64,000 nucleotides of DNA from Camelus dromedarius (GCF_036321535.1 NC_087472.1:92196001-92260000); one strand, 5' to 3'; counted from the stretch's first letter, positions 1 to 14,129 are shown. A program made the numbers and translations. The notes: a model not told the origin generated them from the letters alone.

Positions 1-1640
1 TGGTCAATAGCGAAAATTTCATTTGGTATTTTTCTCAATAAAGAAATTCATATAAATGAATGAATAAAGACGGAGAGAGTTCTACTAAAATGAAAAAGAA
101 TTAAGTCTTACGTTACACTATGTGATTTAATTTTATCACATTATGGAGATTTTAATGACAAAAATACACTTTTAGTTCAGGAAATTTTAATATTCTATGC
201 ATAGGAACTACCTTATACAAAGGTAAAAGGTAAATTTAAAAACTTTGAGTGGACTTCTAGTTACATTAACAACAAATATATGAAATTTGTTATCCAGAAT
301 GAATATAAGTACATTAAAATATAGTTTCTAACGAAAGTTAAATAAAGGTTAGGCATGGTCACAGCTGGGGTAGGGACAACTGCTAAGCTCACTAGATGTT
401 GAAAAATAGAAGGTCTTTACATCTGCCTAGTTAGGGACTGCAGGAAAAAATCTGCAGTTATCATGGAGAATAGATCTGGAATCAAGGGCTCTAAATCAGA
501 ACTAAGAAGACCTAAAGCCTGTAAACAAGGCAAAAGTGGGAGAAATAGGGAATACTGACCGCTAGGCTATTGGCTTGCCATACCTCATCTCTAAGGCACT
601 ACAATCCCTATTTGGAGGTGAGTGAAAGAGATCTGGGCTTGAATGGTGGAGACAGCAACTTCGGCTGGGAATGGAGGCCTGGTCTGGAAAGACAATTCAA
701 TGTAAAGTTCCATTAGCCTAGGTATGGGACTAAGACATAGAGGCTTAAGACTGACAAATCCTACTGTATTCTGGGTCCTACTTCTACTGTCTTTGCCTTA
801 AACTATTCCATGACCTGAACCTATATACCTTTTGAAATAACAACAACAAATGTTTTACAGGTACCTGGGTATTCTCCTCTTATTTTACCTAAATATATAC
901 ATAACACCATTTAATATTCATTTTCTATAAATTAAAAAAAATCTTATTTATATTTTCAAACCAAATTTGGAGATGTCAGATCAAGTCACAAGGAACAACC
1001 ATGAAGACAGGATAGAAGAAGAAATAATAAGGCACTTGCAATTGATGTCTTTACTAGATAGGTAGATTTAACATATGGGAATGGGAAATTGAAAGACATC
1101 AATGACTAAAGTTTGGAGTAAGAATAGTGTTTATGTTTTGCAGTGTTCCATAGCCCCCAAAGACTTGAATGTTTCTTTTAAAAACCTGAAATGTACTTTT
1201 ATATGGATCTTTGAGCTCTTCTGAATTTTCACAGGTTAGAAAACATTACATTAGTGGACTGAAACACAGGAACTCAAGCAGTAAGACACAAGCAAAATTA
1301 AATGGAAATTGAGGCCTAATGAAGCATAGTCGAAATAAAGACAGTATAAAATAAGCATTCGAACAAAAGTTAATCAACAAAATGAAAATTGTTTTCCTAA
1401 GAATGGAAAAAGTAAAGCTAAGTTAAAGTTTTTACATTTAGGAGGTTTAGGCCATATAGCTTTCTTAAGCCCATCTAAAGGGATTTCACTGAAGAGACAC
1501 AATACAAGAAGTTAGTCTCCTTAAGGCACTACTTAGACTAGATACTGAGAGGAACAAATCTAGGAACCTCATTAAGTTTAACCTGTGTAAGAATACTCAC
1601 ATATAACAGCATTAGAAACATCAAGTAAGTATACATGCTT

Positions 1641-2189
1641 TGTACCCCAATGTTCATAGCAGCACTGTTTACAATAGCCAAGACATGGAAGCAACCTAAA
1701 TGTCCATCAACAGATGATTGGATAAAGAAGATGTGGTATATATGTACAATGGAATACTACTCGGCCATAAAAAAGAAATAATGCCATTTGCAGAAACATG
1801 GATGGACCTAGAGATAATCATACTAAGTGAAATAAGTCAGACGAAGACAAGTATCATATGATATCACTTACATGTGGAACTAAAATAATGAACTTATTTA
1901 CAAAACAGAAATAGACTCACATAGAAAACAAACTTATGGTTAACAAAGGGAAAAGGTGGGGGAGGAATAAATTAGGAATTTGGGATTAGCAGATACAAAC
2001 TACTATATATAAAATAGATAAAACAACAAGTTTCTATTGTATAGCACAGGGAACTATATTCAGCAGCTTGTAATAACCTACAATAAAAAAGAATATAAAG
2101 AAGAATATGTGTGTGTGTATATCACTAAATCACTATGCTGTACAACAGGAACTAACACAACATTGTAAATGAACTATATTTCAATTAAA
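1641..2189 (+). mobile_element. 5'-truncated L1 (ORF2 C-terminus + 3'UTR), cetartiodactyl type
   Basis: tgtaccccaatgttcatagcagcactgtttacaatagccaagacatggaagcaacctaaatgtccatc (CTPMFIAALFTIAKTWKQPKCP); 3'UTR ends cattgtaaatgaactatatttcaattaaaa. Confidence 0.93.
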
Positions 2190-3196
2190 ATATATATATA
2201 CATACATATACATGTTTAATTTTAACAATGCATCAACCAATCTGGCACTGCCATTTTTGACAAAAGGCAACTCTATGAGAAGGAATGATTAAACCCTAAT
2301 AGCACATTTCAAAATGGATTGTCTAAAATTGAAGGGAGTATCCAGCATTTTGCTGTATTTTGGGAAACTGATTTTTTTAACCTATACATTCACATACATA
2401 CTCTGAAATTATTCAACAAGCATGGATATATATTTTCCCTCTTGGTGAATTATTACAATATTTAAAAAATAAACCACATACTTTGCATCCTGATTTATTT
2501 AACCAAATGCACAAAACGTTAAAGAGAGGTGGAAGTACAAAATACTGTAAAATAAGGTAGAGATATTCCTTAAAGGCTTAACTATAAGGGTGTCAATTTT
2601 TAAGGAATATTAGTTTAGATTAATCATATTTATATTTTAGTTATCTATCTAAGTAAACCTTGAATATTAAATATGAACTAATTAATTCACAATCAGTATG
2701 TCTATTACATAAATCAAATGGTATAAATTTGTAAAAGTTCCCTAATATACACCAGTGGTATCAACATTAGTTAATAAGAGTTGCCTAGAGATTTGGGCTC
2801 CTTTCTCACCAGATAAAACTGATTCTCCCATAACTCTTGGGTGTACCTGAGAAACCTGGTTGAGAAGGGAGAATCCCCCAATGGGAAAAAGCTGAGCTCC
2901 TGGCCCTGAATTGGTACAAATTTAGATGGATGCTCTGACTTTCTCTGCTAATCTACAAAATTGGCAGTTTCTTCAATGTTGCTTTGCAACATAAGAATAA
3001 AATAAATGAGAAAAGAAGAACAAGAGAAAGCTGGGGTTGAAAATGAAGTGTGGCTGGGTTCAAGCTTTTTCCAGCATCAATAAATAATGACTACAATGCC
3101 TGATTTTGTAAGTCTAACGTCATATTTTATCAAGTGCAGTACGTCATCCATAGGAAGTCCTCAGCTACATTAGATACAATGAATAGTAAGAGATTG

Positions 3197-3720
3197 TGTA
3201 GTAGGCAGTATAATGACTCTTCCAAAGATATCCATGCACTCATCTCTGGAACATGTGAATATGTTATCTTACATGGCAAGAGGGACTTTGCAGGTGTGAT
3301 TATGGTTTATTGACTACAAGAAGGGGAGGTTATTTTAGGTAATCCAGGTGGGCCTAACCTAATCACATGAGCACCTAAGGTGGAGAATCTTTTCTGCCAG
3401 GCAGCAGTCAGAGAGAAATGTGACAACAGAAGAGTCACCTAATGTGACGTGAGAAGAACTCAACTGATAATTGTAGGCATTGAAGATGGAGAAGAAAACC
3501 ATGAGCCAAGGAATTTGGGCAGCATCTTGAACTTGGAAAATCCAAGGAAACATTCTCCCCTAGAGTCTACAGAAAGAAATGAAGCCTGACCAACATCTTG
3601 ATTTTAGCACACAGACCTGTGTCAGAATTCTGACCCACAGAATTGTAAGATAATACATTTATGTTCTTTAAGCCACTATGTATGCAGTAATTTATTATGG
3701 CAGTAATTTTAAAAATTACA
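3197..3720 (+). mobile_element. MaLR solo LTR, MLT1D-like
   Basis: TG...CA termini; ggaacatgtgaatatgttatcttacatggcaagagggactttgcaggtgtgatta and gattttagc...cagaattgtaagataatacatttatgttctttaagccac are MLT1 hallmarks. Confidence 0.85.
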
Positions 3721-5460
3721 CTTTACAAAAGACTAGGAGAAGGTAATCATTTAGAAAATGAATCTGAAATAAAAGACATGTAAATATTAGTTATGAATAA
3801 GACTTCAACTAATGTTAAAAGATAACGCAGAAGCTATGAAGTCATTTTATCTAGTATTCTTGTCTCCTGGTAGAATTTATGTTAAGGTCAAAACCACAAC
3901 TAGGATAAGAAACTATGAACCAGACTCAATGTAACTGCACATTTGTCATTCCTGAGATTTGCCAAAACAGACCTGTAAGGTTAGAAAAAAGATAAAAAAC
4001 AGAAAGACTGCTATATAGGTTTGGGATGCGAGGTTAAATATTGTAAGGTTTTAGACTGACACTTTTAGAAATAGTAAAGTTATTAGCCAGCTAGACTTAT
4101 TAAGATAGTGTTTATGACTACAACTGAAGAAGTTGATAGACAGGATACAGACTGATCTACAGTGATCCCATTTGGCCATCATTAGTAGGAAATCAGATTC
4201 TTGTATCGCAAATGAAACTCTTGAGTGGTTTTGCTTAGAGAAGGAATAATAAATGACTATAATCTAAATTTACTTGTAATTCAACATCTTAAAAAAAGAA
4301 ATGTGCTATTATTCTAGCAATAGAAATAATGCAATTAAATGCTGCTAGATGAGATGCAATTGCCTTATAATGAGAAATTAAGAAACTAAATACAGACATT
4401 ACCTGTGTAATTGTAGGCAAATGAGCACTGTATGTATAATATTTACTTGTTCTATACAATTAGTCTCTTTTGTTGAATTATTTGCATTCATCAATGAAGC
4501 ATCATTTGAAGCTAATCAAATGCAAGGGCTTTCCTATTTTTTGAAAAGATTTATGGTGACAAACTGAAGTAGAAGTTTGTTATTGAATGCTGAGCTTTTA
4601 ACATAGCTGCTGTAGAAACAAATCAGCTACTCCATGTTTCACTTAAGTGCAGAATAATTTTTATCAAAACAACTTTATCACAATTAATTCACCTTAGGCA
4701 ACAAGCAGTCTTCTATTTATAGCTTCTGATAGCATATTTGAATAGGAGACAATTTTGATATGCTTCCATTGAATATTGGATGAGTCAGAATGCTCCGTCA
4801 TTTCAAATTGCTTAAGGCATTCAGATAAGCAGATATATATACCAAAATTAGAATTTAATTAGAACACTGAGGTGAACATTCAAAAGTGTGTTTGAAAGCA
4901 TCATATTTTTAATGTAATGGTTTTGAGTTCTTTAATATCTTCATTAGAAGATGCTTCCTGTCCAAAAGGAATTTAAAACCTAATCACGAAGACATAATTA
5001 CCACATATTTATTTATAAGAAATGGCAATAATGATAAGGATATAAAAATGACTGTATGTGGTGAGAAACATATTGATAAACAACTATAGCTATAAAATAT
5101 ACATAAATACATATACATGTGTGTAGATGTGTTACTCACATATACTTCTGTGTGTGTATGTGTGTATGTAAATATTTGCCGTTTTTAGGAAGGATGCAAG
5201 GTTAAAAAATTCCCTTTACTAAGGAAATTTTTGTTGTAGAGTAATAAAATAAAAATGTTAGAAAATAAAGAAAAGATAAAGAAAAACAATGTCTTACCTA
5301 CTTTGGATTTTGAAATACAAAATCAAATTAGTTACATTACTCAAAGTGTGTGTTGAGCTACTTCCATTTTCTTCAAAGTATTCTTTTTAAGACTTGTTTT
5401 TAAAATATTTAACTTTTATTGTAAAGTGTCCACTATGTATTCATTCACTTTTTCAACAAC

Positions 5461-6105
5461 TTGAGTTATAATTAACATAAAATGTTAGTTTCAAGTGTAC
5501 AAGACAGTGATTCAATATTTTTATACATTATGAAATGATCACCACAATAAGACCAGTTACCATTCATCACCATACAAAATCGTTATAATATTATTGCCTG
5601 TATTCCCTATGTATACATTATATCCCCAGAACTTACTTATCTGATAGCTGGAAGTCTGTACCTCTTAATCTCCTTTACTTATTTTGTCTGTCCCTCGACC
5701 CACTTCTCCTATGGCACCCACCAGTTTGTTTTCTGTATCTATGAGTCTGCTTCTATTTTGTTTGGTTTGTTTGTTTTGCTTTTTAAATTCTACATATAAG
5801 TGAAATAATTTGGTATTTGTTTTTCTCTGACTGGCTAATTTCACTTAGGTTGCTTCCAAATTTTGGCTATTGCAAAAAATGCTGCAATGGACAGTGGTAT
5901 ATATATCTTTCCAAATTAGTTCTTTTGTTTTCTTTGGATATATACCCACTAGTGGAATTGCTGAGTTGTATGGTAATTCTATTTTTAGTTTTTTTGAGAA
6001 AATTTCATACTCTTTTCCTTAGTAAGTTCACCAGTTTACATTCCCACCAACAGTGCATGAGGTTTCTCTTTCCTCCACGTCCTTGCCAACTCTTATTATT
6101 TCTTG
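5461..6105 (-). mobile_element. 5'-truncated L1 3' end (L1MA9-like) with internal deletion, inserted in an L2 tail
   Basis: gtacaagacagtgattcaatatttttatacattatgaaatgatcaccac...; deletion junction at cacttag (5842-5848); flanks tcaacaa/ttaacaa. Confidence 0.88.
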
Positions 6106-6360
6106 TTAACAATGTTTATTGAGGTCCTACACAACATTCCTGGAACTTTTTCTATACATTTGGAATATGTGAATTAACAAATAATAGAAGTCTCCTACCT
6201 TCTTGAAGTTGGGAGAGCCAGCAAAAAAGTTAAACAACAGTGAATCCACCACATAGTATCAAAGATTAATAAGTGCTACACTAAGAAATAAATGAGGTGA
6301 TCTTTGAATTTCTCTAACTTAGGGGGTGAGAGGTCTTGAGTGACAGTGACATCCAAGAGA
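6106..6360 (-). mobile_element. L2 remnant (continuation of the tail starting at ~5438)
   Basis: attcattcac...tcaacaa | aacaatgtttattgagg resembles the reverse complement of the L2 3' end. Confidence 0.55.
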
Positions 6361-7331
6361 ATACCATTATCTAGCCAAATGCTCTACTGATTCCTGTATA
6401 GATCTTTTAAAAAGTAACTTTTATATGAGAAAACCAAAGCCTAGTGAAATCTCCTGTCATATATTCTTAATCTTATTCTAATAAGTATCTGTACAAACAC
6501 TATCTCATGTGCTAGTTTAGCTATGAAATTATAGTAGCAGATATCAGAATCACAAATTTACCAGAGCTTTTTAAAAAATAATACATGATAAAGCCCTTTA
6601 TATATACAATTATAATTATGTAATCAGGTGAATTATAAATCAAGATAAAACTGTGTATTTTTGTTAATTACTCTTTAAAGAAAATAAAATGAATGTAGTA
6701 CTTGTACACCGGGTCAATAAAAAATAAACACCTGATTTGTTATTTTGTAAAATCACTAACAGATGGGTTAATGGAAAACTAACCCATTTTTTTAAAAATG
6801 TTGTTAAGTTTATTTAGACTTTTCAAAATAATTTCCCCACCTTGGTTAACATGTTAGAGTTATCCAAGCAAACATTATAGGTAGTATAGGTAGTAAGAAT
6901 TTCATCTGTCCTTGGGTTCCATTGTTTCTACATGTACATATATTCATAAGGCCTATGTTCTGATATGTGGAGTTGGGCTATGTGACTCAGTAATGACTTT
7001 CTCTGTTGAACTGTGCAGTATAGACGCAGACCTGGGAAAGTACTTATGCATCCTTGTGAATATGCAAAACCCTTGGTAATACTAAGGGTGAAAGAAAAAA
7101 GTTTCAAAAAGAGAAGCGAGAGAACAAGGGGTAATGTGGCATAAGAAAAAGAAGGTACTAGATGAAAGGGCTTGGACTACATTCAGTATAAAGGGTGTAA
7201 GACATGCTCTGCACAAGGGGTCTAGTCAAAGGGCAATGAGTGTAGATATCCAGTCATATCTCCCTCAGTGAAATTCATCTACCCAGAAGAAGTTCCTTTT
7301 TCTAATTTGCAGAAGGACATCCTCTGTTCTT

Positions 7332-10300
7332 TTTCCCCAGTTTTACTGAGATATAATTGACTTATAACAATGTATAAGCTTAAGGTGTACAATATGTTGA
7401 TCTGATGCACTTATATATTGCAAAATGATTACTACAATAAGGTTACTTAACACCTCCATCACCTCACATAATTGATATTGTGTGTGGGTGTGGTGAGAAC
7501 ATTTAAGTTCTACAAATTCATATCCTATGACTAACACCTCCTAATTTCTTCCACCCTCCAACCCCTGGAAACCACCATTCTGCAGTCAGTTTCTATAAGT
7601 TAGGTTTTTTAAGATTGTACACAAAAGTGATGTCATACAGTATTTCTCTTTCTCTGACTTAATTTTACTTAGCATAATGCCCTCAAGATCCATCCATGCT
7701 GTTGCAAATGGCAGAATTTCCTTCTTTACCACAAGTGAATAATATTCCATCATATATATTATATATGCTTTATATATACACACATACATATGTATTACAT
7801 ATATATCATTATTTATTCAGTAATCCATAGATGAAATTTTAGGTTGTTTCCATATCTTGGCTATTATGAATAATGCTGCAATGAACAGGAGGATGTAGTT
7901 ATCTTTTTAATTTATAACTTATTGTCTCAAGATATTTTCTAATGTCATTTTTATTTCTTTGACCCACTGGTTGTTCAGGAGTGTCTTGTTTAATATTTGC
8001 ATACCTCTGAATTTTCCAGCTTCCCTCCAGTTATTGATTTCTGGTTTCATATCAATGTGGCTGGAAAAGATAGCTGGTGTGATTTTAATCGTCTAAACTT
8101 TGTTAAAACTTCTTTTACAACCTATGACATGATCTATTCTGGAGAATGTTTCCTGTGTGCTTAAGAAAGTGTATTCTGCTGCTGTTGGATGGATGTTCTG
8201 AATCTGTCAGTTAAGTCCATTTGATGTAAAGTATAGTTCTAGCCCAATGTTTCCTTTTTGATTTTCTGTCTGGATGATCTAACCATTGTTGAAAGTGGGG
8301 TGTGAAAGTACCCTACTATTATTGCATTGTTGTCTATTTCTCCCTTCAGATGTGTTCATATTTGTTTAACATATTTAGGTTCTCTAATGCTGGGTGCATT
8401 TACATTTACAATTGTTATATGTTCTTGATGAACTGACCCCTTTATCACTGTATTTACATGAAATATCTTTATTCTACCTTTTCACCTTGACCCTATGTAT
8501 ATCCTTGAAACAGAAGTTAATCTCTTGCAGGCAGTATATAGTTGGGCTTTTTAATTTTTAATTTGTCCAGCCACTCTATGCCTTTTAGAGAATTTAATTC
8601 AATTACCTTTAGAGTAATTATTGAGAGGTAAGGACTTACTGATTCCACCTTATTAGTTGCTTCCTGGCTGTTTTGTAGTTTCCTTCTTCCTCTCTTCCTG
8701 CATTTCTTTGTAAATTGATGATTTTCTATACTATTATACTTTGATGTCCTTCTCTTAATCTTTTATAAATCTATGGCAGCTTTGTGGTTACAATGAGGCT
8801 TACATAAAATAACTTATAGATACAGCAGTATATTTTATGCTAACAACTTCAACTACACACAAAACTACCCTTTTACTCCTCTCCCCCTTTTATTATTCTG
8901 ATGTCTCAATTTACTTTTTATATCGTGTATTCATTAACATATTATAGCTATAGTTATTTTTAATACTGTTGTCCTTTAACCTTTCTACTAGAGTTAAGTT
9001 GTTAATATATAGTCAGATCACAGTATTAGAGTATTCTGAATTTCACTGTATCCTTATGTTTATCAGTGTTACATATTTTCCCATGTTTTCACTTTACTCA
9101 TTAGAATCTTTTAATTTCAGTTGGAAGAATTCTTTTCAACATTTCACGTAAGTAAAGTATGGTGGTGATGAACTCCCTTACCTTTTCTTCTGGTCTGGGA
9201 AATTCTTTCTCTCTCCTTCATTTCCAAAGGATAACTTAGTTGGATAGAGTATTCCCAGTTGGCAGGTTTTTTAATTTTTCCTTCAGCACTTTGAATATAT
9301 CATTCCAGCCTCTCCTGGCCTGTATAGTTTCTGCTGAGAAACTTTACTTATAGTCGTATAGACGTTCCCATGTAAATTACAAACTCTTTTCTCTTGCTAC
9401 TTTTAAGATTCTCTTTGTCTTTGAATTTTGACAGTTTTATTATAGTATGTGTTGGAGAGGGTCTCTTTAACTTGAGTCTGTGTGGTGACCTATGAGCTTC
9501 ATAAGCTTGGATATCCAAATCTTTTTCCAGATTTGGGGCTTTCTCAGCCATTACTTCTTTCTACAAGCTTTTTGGCCTCCCTCTCCCACTTCTTCCTCTC
9601 TTCTCCTGCTGGAACTTAAACAATTTACAAGTTGTTTCCTTTGATCATATACTATAGATAGGCTTCCTTCATTCATTTTCATTCTTTTTCTTAGTTCTCC
9701 TCTGACTGGATAATTTCAAAATTCCTGTATTTAATTTGTGGATTATTTCTTCTGCTTGATATATTCTTCTTTTGATGCTCATTATTGCATTTGAAATTTC
9801 ATTCACTGTATCCTTCAGCTCCAGAATTTCTGTTCAGTTCTTTTCTTCATTATTTTTATGTCTTTGTTAAACTTCTCATTTTGTTCCTGTGTTATTTTCC
9901 TAATTTGGTTAATCATCTTTCTGTGTTGTATTGTAGCCCACTGAGTTTCCTTAAAAATCCTATTTTGAATTCTGTATCAGGTAGATCCCAGATCTCCATA
10001 TCTTTGGGATCAAGTACTAGACGATTATTGTGATTCTTTGGTGGTGTCATGTTTCCTTGATTTTCCATGTTTTTTGAAGTTCTGCATTGCTGTCTTCCCA
10101 TCATCCCTGCTAGTGATTCTGAGGCTTTCTCAGATTCTCTATGGATACATCTGTTCCAAGCTTGTTGCTCCCTCTTGTAACAGAATTCTTAAGCTATTAC
10201 TTCTTTTCTTGATCCTGTAACACATCAGGCCAAGGTCTTATTTTTGTTTTTGCAAAGGTCGTGCTAAAGCTCAAATCTGTGTTCTCTCCCTGGCTGACGG

Positions 10301-11189
10301 GTTTGGGCCAGCTTTCTGCTCATGCTCATTAACTGTGTGTGAAAGCTTGTTCTTGCTACTGCCATCTGGGAGTCCACACATGGAGCTGACCACAGGGTGG
10401 GGGTGTGTTTGTGGGTAAGGCATGCAGGGTTCTGAGGGTGCTCATGGGCCAGTTGGGGTATTTGTAGGCAAGATGTCCCTGGTGGCTCATGGGCAATCTT
10501 CTTGATGTAGTCTACAACACAGTTAGTAGGACCCTCAGCCCAAAAATGCCCTCCAAGAACCTTATCTGTTGCTTTCCCCACCTTTTCCTGCCCCCTCCTC
10601 CTAGTCATGTAGCTCTTGATTCAGTATTTTGGATGGCACAAAGGAGAAATGGGCCTCTTTGACAGTGTCCTACACAGCTGGGAAAGCTGGGTGCTCACTC
10701 ACATGCTCTCACTTTCCCCCACAGTAGAAATCATATGCTAAGACCTTTCATGGCAATGAGCTGTACCACAGTTGGGGGAGGATGATGAAGGTAAACTCTA
10801 TCTGTTACTGTTACCCACTTCAATATGTCTAAACTCATATATACCTCCAATGGTGTACTGGAACTTCTTTAGAACCTAGACTTCCACAAATTCTCTTTCA
10901 TCTGTGAGCAATGTTCTAAGACAGTGTTTTCTAAGGGCTCTCAGACTGTGGCTGAGATGGGGATACAGCCAGTTCATGGTCACTGCAGGGTTCACAGCTA
11001 GGACAAAGGTCTGTTTGCCTATTACCTGACACATGGGTTGGAGAGAATCTTCCCATATCTGCTGGTGTATACTGCTGGATCTCACAGCTCCCACAAAGAC
11101 ATTTTTAACTATAGGTGGACACCAAATTGTTGATGAAGGCAGGGCATAAACAAGGGATGTCTCAATAAGCCATGATGCAAATATCACTC
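7332..11189 (-). mobile_element. L1 with 5'UTR, ORF1, ORF2 endonuclease remnant and 3'UTR; most of ORF2 deleted
   Basis: Degenerate TSD catcctctgttctt (7318-7331) / catcctttgtcctt (11190-11203); the 5' end reads GGAGTGATATTTGCATCATGGC on the - strand; ORF1 peptides at 9348-10104; 3'UTR at 7332-7905. Confidence 0.92.
9348..10104 (-). pseudogene. Disrupted L1 ORF1p remnants
   Basis: NQGNMTPPK...DLPDTEFKI..LRKL and MAEKAPNL..DIQAYEAHRSP..RPSPTHTIIKLSKFKDKE match L1 ORF1p motifs; frames are broken. Confidence 0.9.
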
Positions 11190-11894
11190 CATCCTTTGTC
11201 CTTCTTAATGACTTCACTGCCACAGACTGTAGCAAACCACTAGTCTGGATAGATTGAATTTTCTCTTTCTAATATCAGGTGAGGAGGTGTTCGTCATCAT
11301 TCTGTTGCTAAACTACAAAATGCTGGATTATTTTCTCTTGACAGGAAATGGTTTTAGTGGTACCCAACTCAGTCTTTTCATAGTCCTTAGTACAAGACTA
11401 GAGCAGCTGCAAATGGCTTGCATCATACTGACCAGTGTGTTTCTGGGAGTACATACATCAACAGCATATACTCTCATCTTTTCTCCTTTTCCTTATGAAC
11501 AATACTCAAACACATCTGGTTGAATACATTTAAATATCTCATTTGACTAGATCATTTGATCTGCAAGACAGAGTGTTAACAGGCCAATTCAAAAAGAGAA
11601 GAGTAAAAGGGGATTTAGGGAGTAAAAAAGGTTTGGAGAGGCAGTTTACAGTGTTGATGATATCAAAACTCTAAAAAACAACTGCTTAAAGTTATGGAAA
11701 TAAAGCTGGACATGTGTACATCTATTATATGTAAGCAAGAAAGCAAAGGCACAAGTCATATGTGAACTACAGGGAAAGGGCAACAAGGGTTATGAGTAGA
11801 AAAATGTTCTGAGCAGATTAATAAATATTAATGCAGGTAGGAATCATACTGGCATCTGCAAAATAATGGGCCTAATTACTGCATATGTTTTAGC

Positions 11895-12063
11895 CTCTCA
11901 TTATTCAAGGTGTTGTCCATGGATCAGCATTGTCATCATCACTGGGGAGCTTGTCAGAAATGTAGAACCTCAGCTCCCCATTCCAGCTTCACTGAATCAG
12001 AACTCACAATTTATCAAGATCCCCAATGGGTTCTTAAGTACACTACTATTTGAGGAGCACAGC
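11895..12063. mobile_element. MER5A-like hAT-Charlie MITE
   Basis: ggatcagcatt..catcactggggagcttgtcagaaatgtagaacctcag..actgaatcagaact..caagatcccca..tttgaggagcac. Confidence 0.8.
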
Positions 12064-13594
12064 TTTGGAGATTCCGAACTGTCATAATACACTTCTACAA
12101 ACAGAGGGTACAACTGTACAATTTCAAGGGGTGTTTCTTTTTCATAGGCTGTCCACAGTACATTTTCTTGACACTTTTTTTCACCTAATCTCTTGAACAA
12201 ATAAAAAGCTACAGTCTCCACAATTTCTTAGAACTTCTGGTCACATGTTCATTATTATATGTCAGAAAAGAGCTTCATCCTATCCCTAGATATACCTCAA
12301 ATGTTGAAGAAAATGCAATACTAGACTTAATAAAATCAGAACCCTGTATTTTATAGCATTTGATAATTCTCAAAGTACCTACTTTCACATTTATTTGTTC
12401 ATCTCAAAAATGGTCCATGAAGAATAGAGAGGTTATCACTTCCCCTTTTATATATTTTTAGATGAGGAAAAAGAGTCAAAGAGACAAAGTGTCATGCTGG
12501 AAGGTTCTAGTGGCAGTTGATAAGAGAATTCACTGACCTCAAGAATCATAGGGAATAAACTGCAAGGGTTAACTTTAAAAGGTTTTAAGGTGAAAGCAGA
12601 TTTACTGATATGATTAAATTGTTTACTTGTTTATTGTATACCTGCCGTTCTCCATACAAAGCCAGACCCAGGAGAAGAGAGATTTGTCTCTTTTATCCTC
12701 ATCTAGAACAGTGTCTATTACAAGGTAGGTGCTCAATATTTTTAATAAATGGTTTAATGTAATACTTGCTGCTAAAGTCAACAGCAATATTAAATGCTTA
12801 TGTTATGTGTCATAAGAAAATACAAGTTATTTCTATTTTAATATCCATTAGTTATAGCTTCACATTTGTAGTATGACTAGGGGAGCTTATTTCCCTACTA
12901 CAATTTTAACTTCTTTCTGTGTGGTACCGAACATTCCACTATAACTCCAAAGAAACATATTTGCCTGGAAAATAGCATCTCAGAATTTACTGCTTCAACC
13001 TAATGTGGTAGCACAGGGAAGTCGCAGACATGATATTTTTCATACTGGCTACCTGCATGCCATACTTGCTAGGATAGATTGTGAAATTAATCCATGTGGA
13101 AGAGCATACATACTTCCCTAAGCTCAATGAAGCCTTCGCCCCTCATAATTCAGCTCAGTAACTCTCCACTGAGTTCAAGAGGCTTTCTATCATTTTTGGA
13201 ATGAAATTTCAGAGTCTAAACATATGAGTTTCTAAAATATGTCAGTGGAGAACAAGAGGATTTCAATTACACTGGTTAAAATAGCTCTGAAAATGTCACT
13301 ATATTTAGGAATATAGAGTTTTATCCCACTGACATCTTTGAAATTATTCCATTTTCTTCTCTGAGATATCAGAGGAAACAAGATATAATGAAGAATGTTC
13401 ACTGGAGTTGAATAAGGGGAACTGACCATTTTAAGTCTGGTGTCAGATAAAAGCTAGTATCCTGAGGCTCCTAAGTGTGTCTTTCTAATGTAAACACAAA
13501 TGCTTAATGCTATTTGCTTAAGACATGGAGGCTCCTACACTTTAAGACACAGCCATCATTTTTTGTTTCATCAGAGTTGATGATGTAATATGAG

Positions 13595-13797
13595 GGTTTT
13601 AAAATTGTAGAATAGATTAACAAGATTATACTGTAAAGCACAGGGAAATATACACAAGATCTTATGGTAGCCCACGGAGAAAAAAATGTGACAATGAATA
13701 TATATATGTTCATGTATAACTGAAAAATTGTGCTCTACACTGGAATTTGACACAACATTGTAAAATGATTATAAATCAATAAAAAATGTTAAAAAAA
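13595..13797 (+). mobile_element. Young camelid-type L1 3' end (~200 bp)
   Basis: Near-identical to the 3' ends at 22138-22603, 45769-46521 and 58308-58440 (gttcatgtataactgaaaaattgtgctctacactggaatttgacacaacattgtaaaatg); flanks aatatgag/aaaatgag. Confidence 0.92.
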
Positions 13798-13844
13798 TGA
13801 GCATTTAAAATGAATTACAAAATTGGCCATGTGTCAATAACTAT

Positions 13845-13930
13845 TATATCTGGGTGATGGGTACATGAGGGTTCATTATACTAGTTTATCTAACTTTTAT
13901 GTTTAATAACTTGCATAATAAAAGTTAAAA
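13845..13930 (+). mobile_element. Old L1 (L1ME-like) 3' end fragment
   Basis: tctgggtgatgggtacatgagggttcattatact...cataataaaag. Confidence 0.65.
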
Positions 13931-14129
13931 TGTATTATAAGCAAAAGTGGAATGCTATAAACATCTAAAAACAGGGAACTAAACTATACCCATATGATAA
14001 AATATACTTTTAAAAATTAATGCCACAAATCTGTATTTATTAATGAACAATGCTTACTCCATATTCTTGAGTAAAAAAAGCATGTTTCAAAATGCTATAT
14101 ATTCTATTATTTAATTTTTCCTTTAAAAT

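Noticed and set aside
120..141. Short hairpin atgtgat...atcacat
   Set aside because: A 7-bp AT-rich stem is expected by chance.
3880..3972. Strong minus-strand acceptor (ttttttctaaccttacAG) as a terminal exon
   Set aside because: All frames close within 25 codons and nothing else supports it.
10264..11235. ORFs of 114 and 119 aa on the - strand
   Set aside because: They lie essentially within the GC-richer L1 5'UTR and show no recognisable protein features.
13510..13753. Similar antisense ORFs 'MNIxxFIVTFF...' recurring at 13510, 22280 and 46145
   Set aside because: They are antisense readings of the same young L1 3'UTR, not a gene family.
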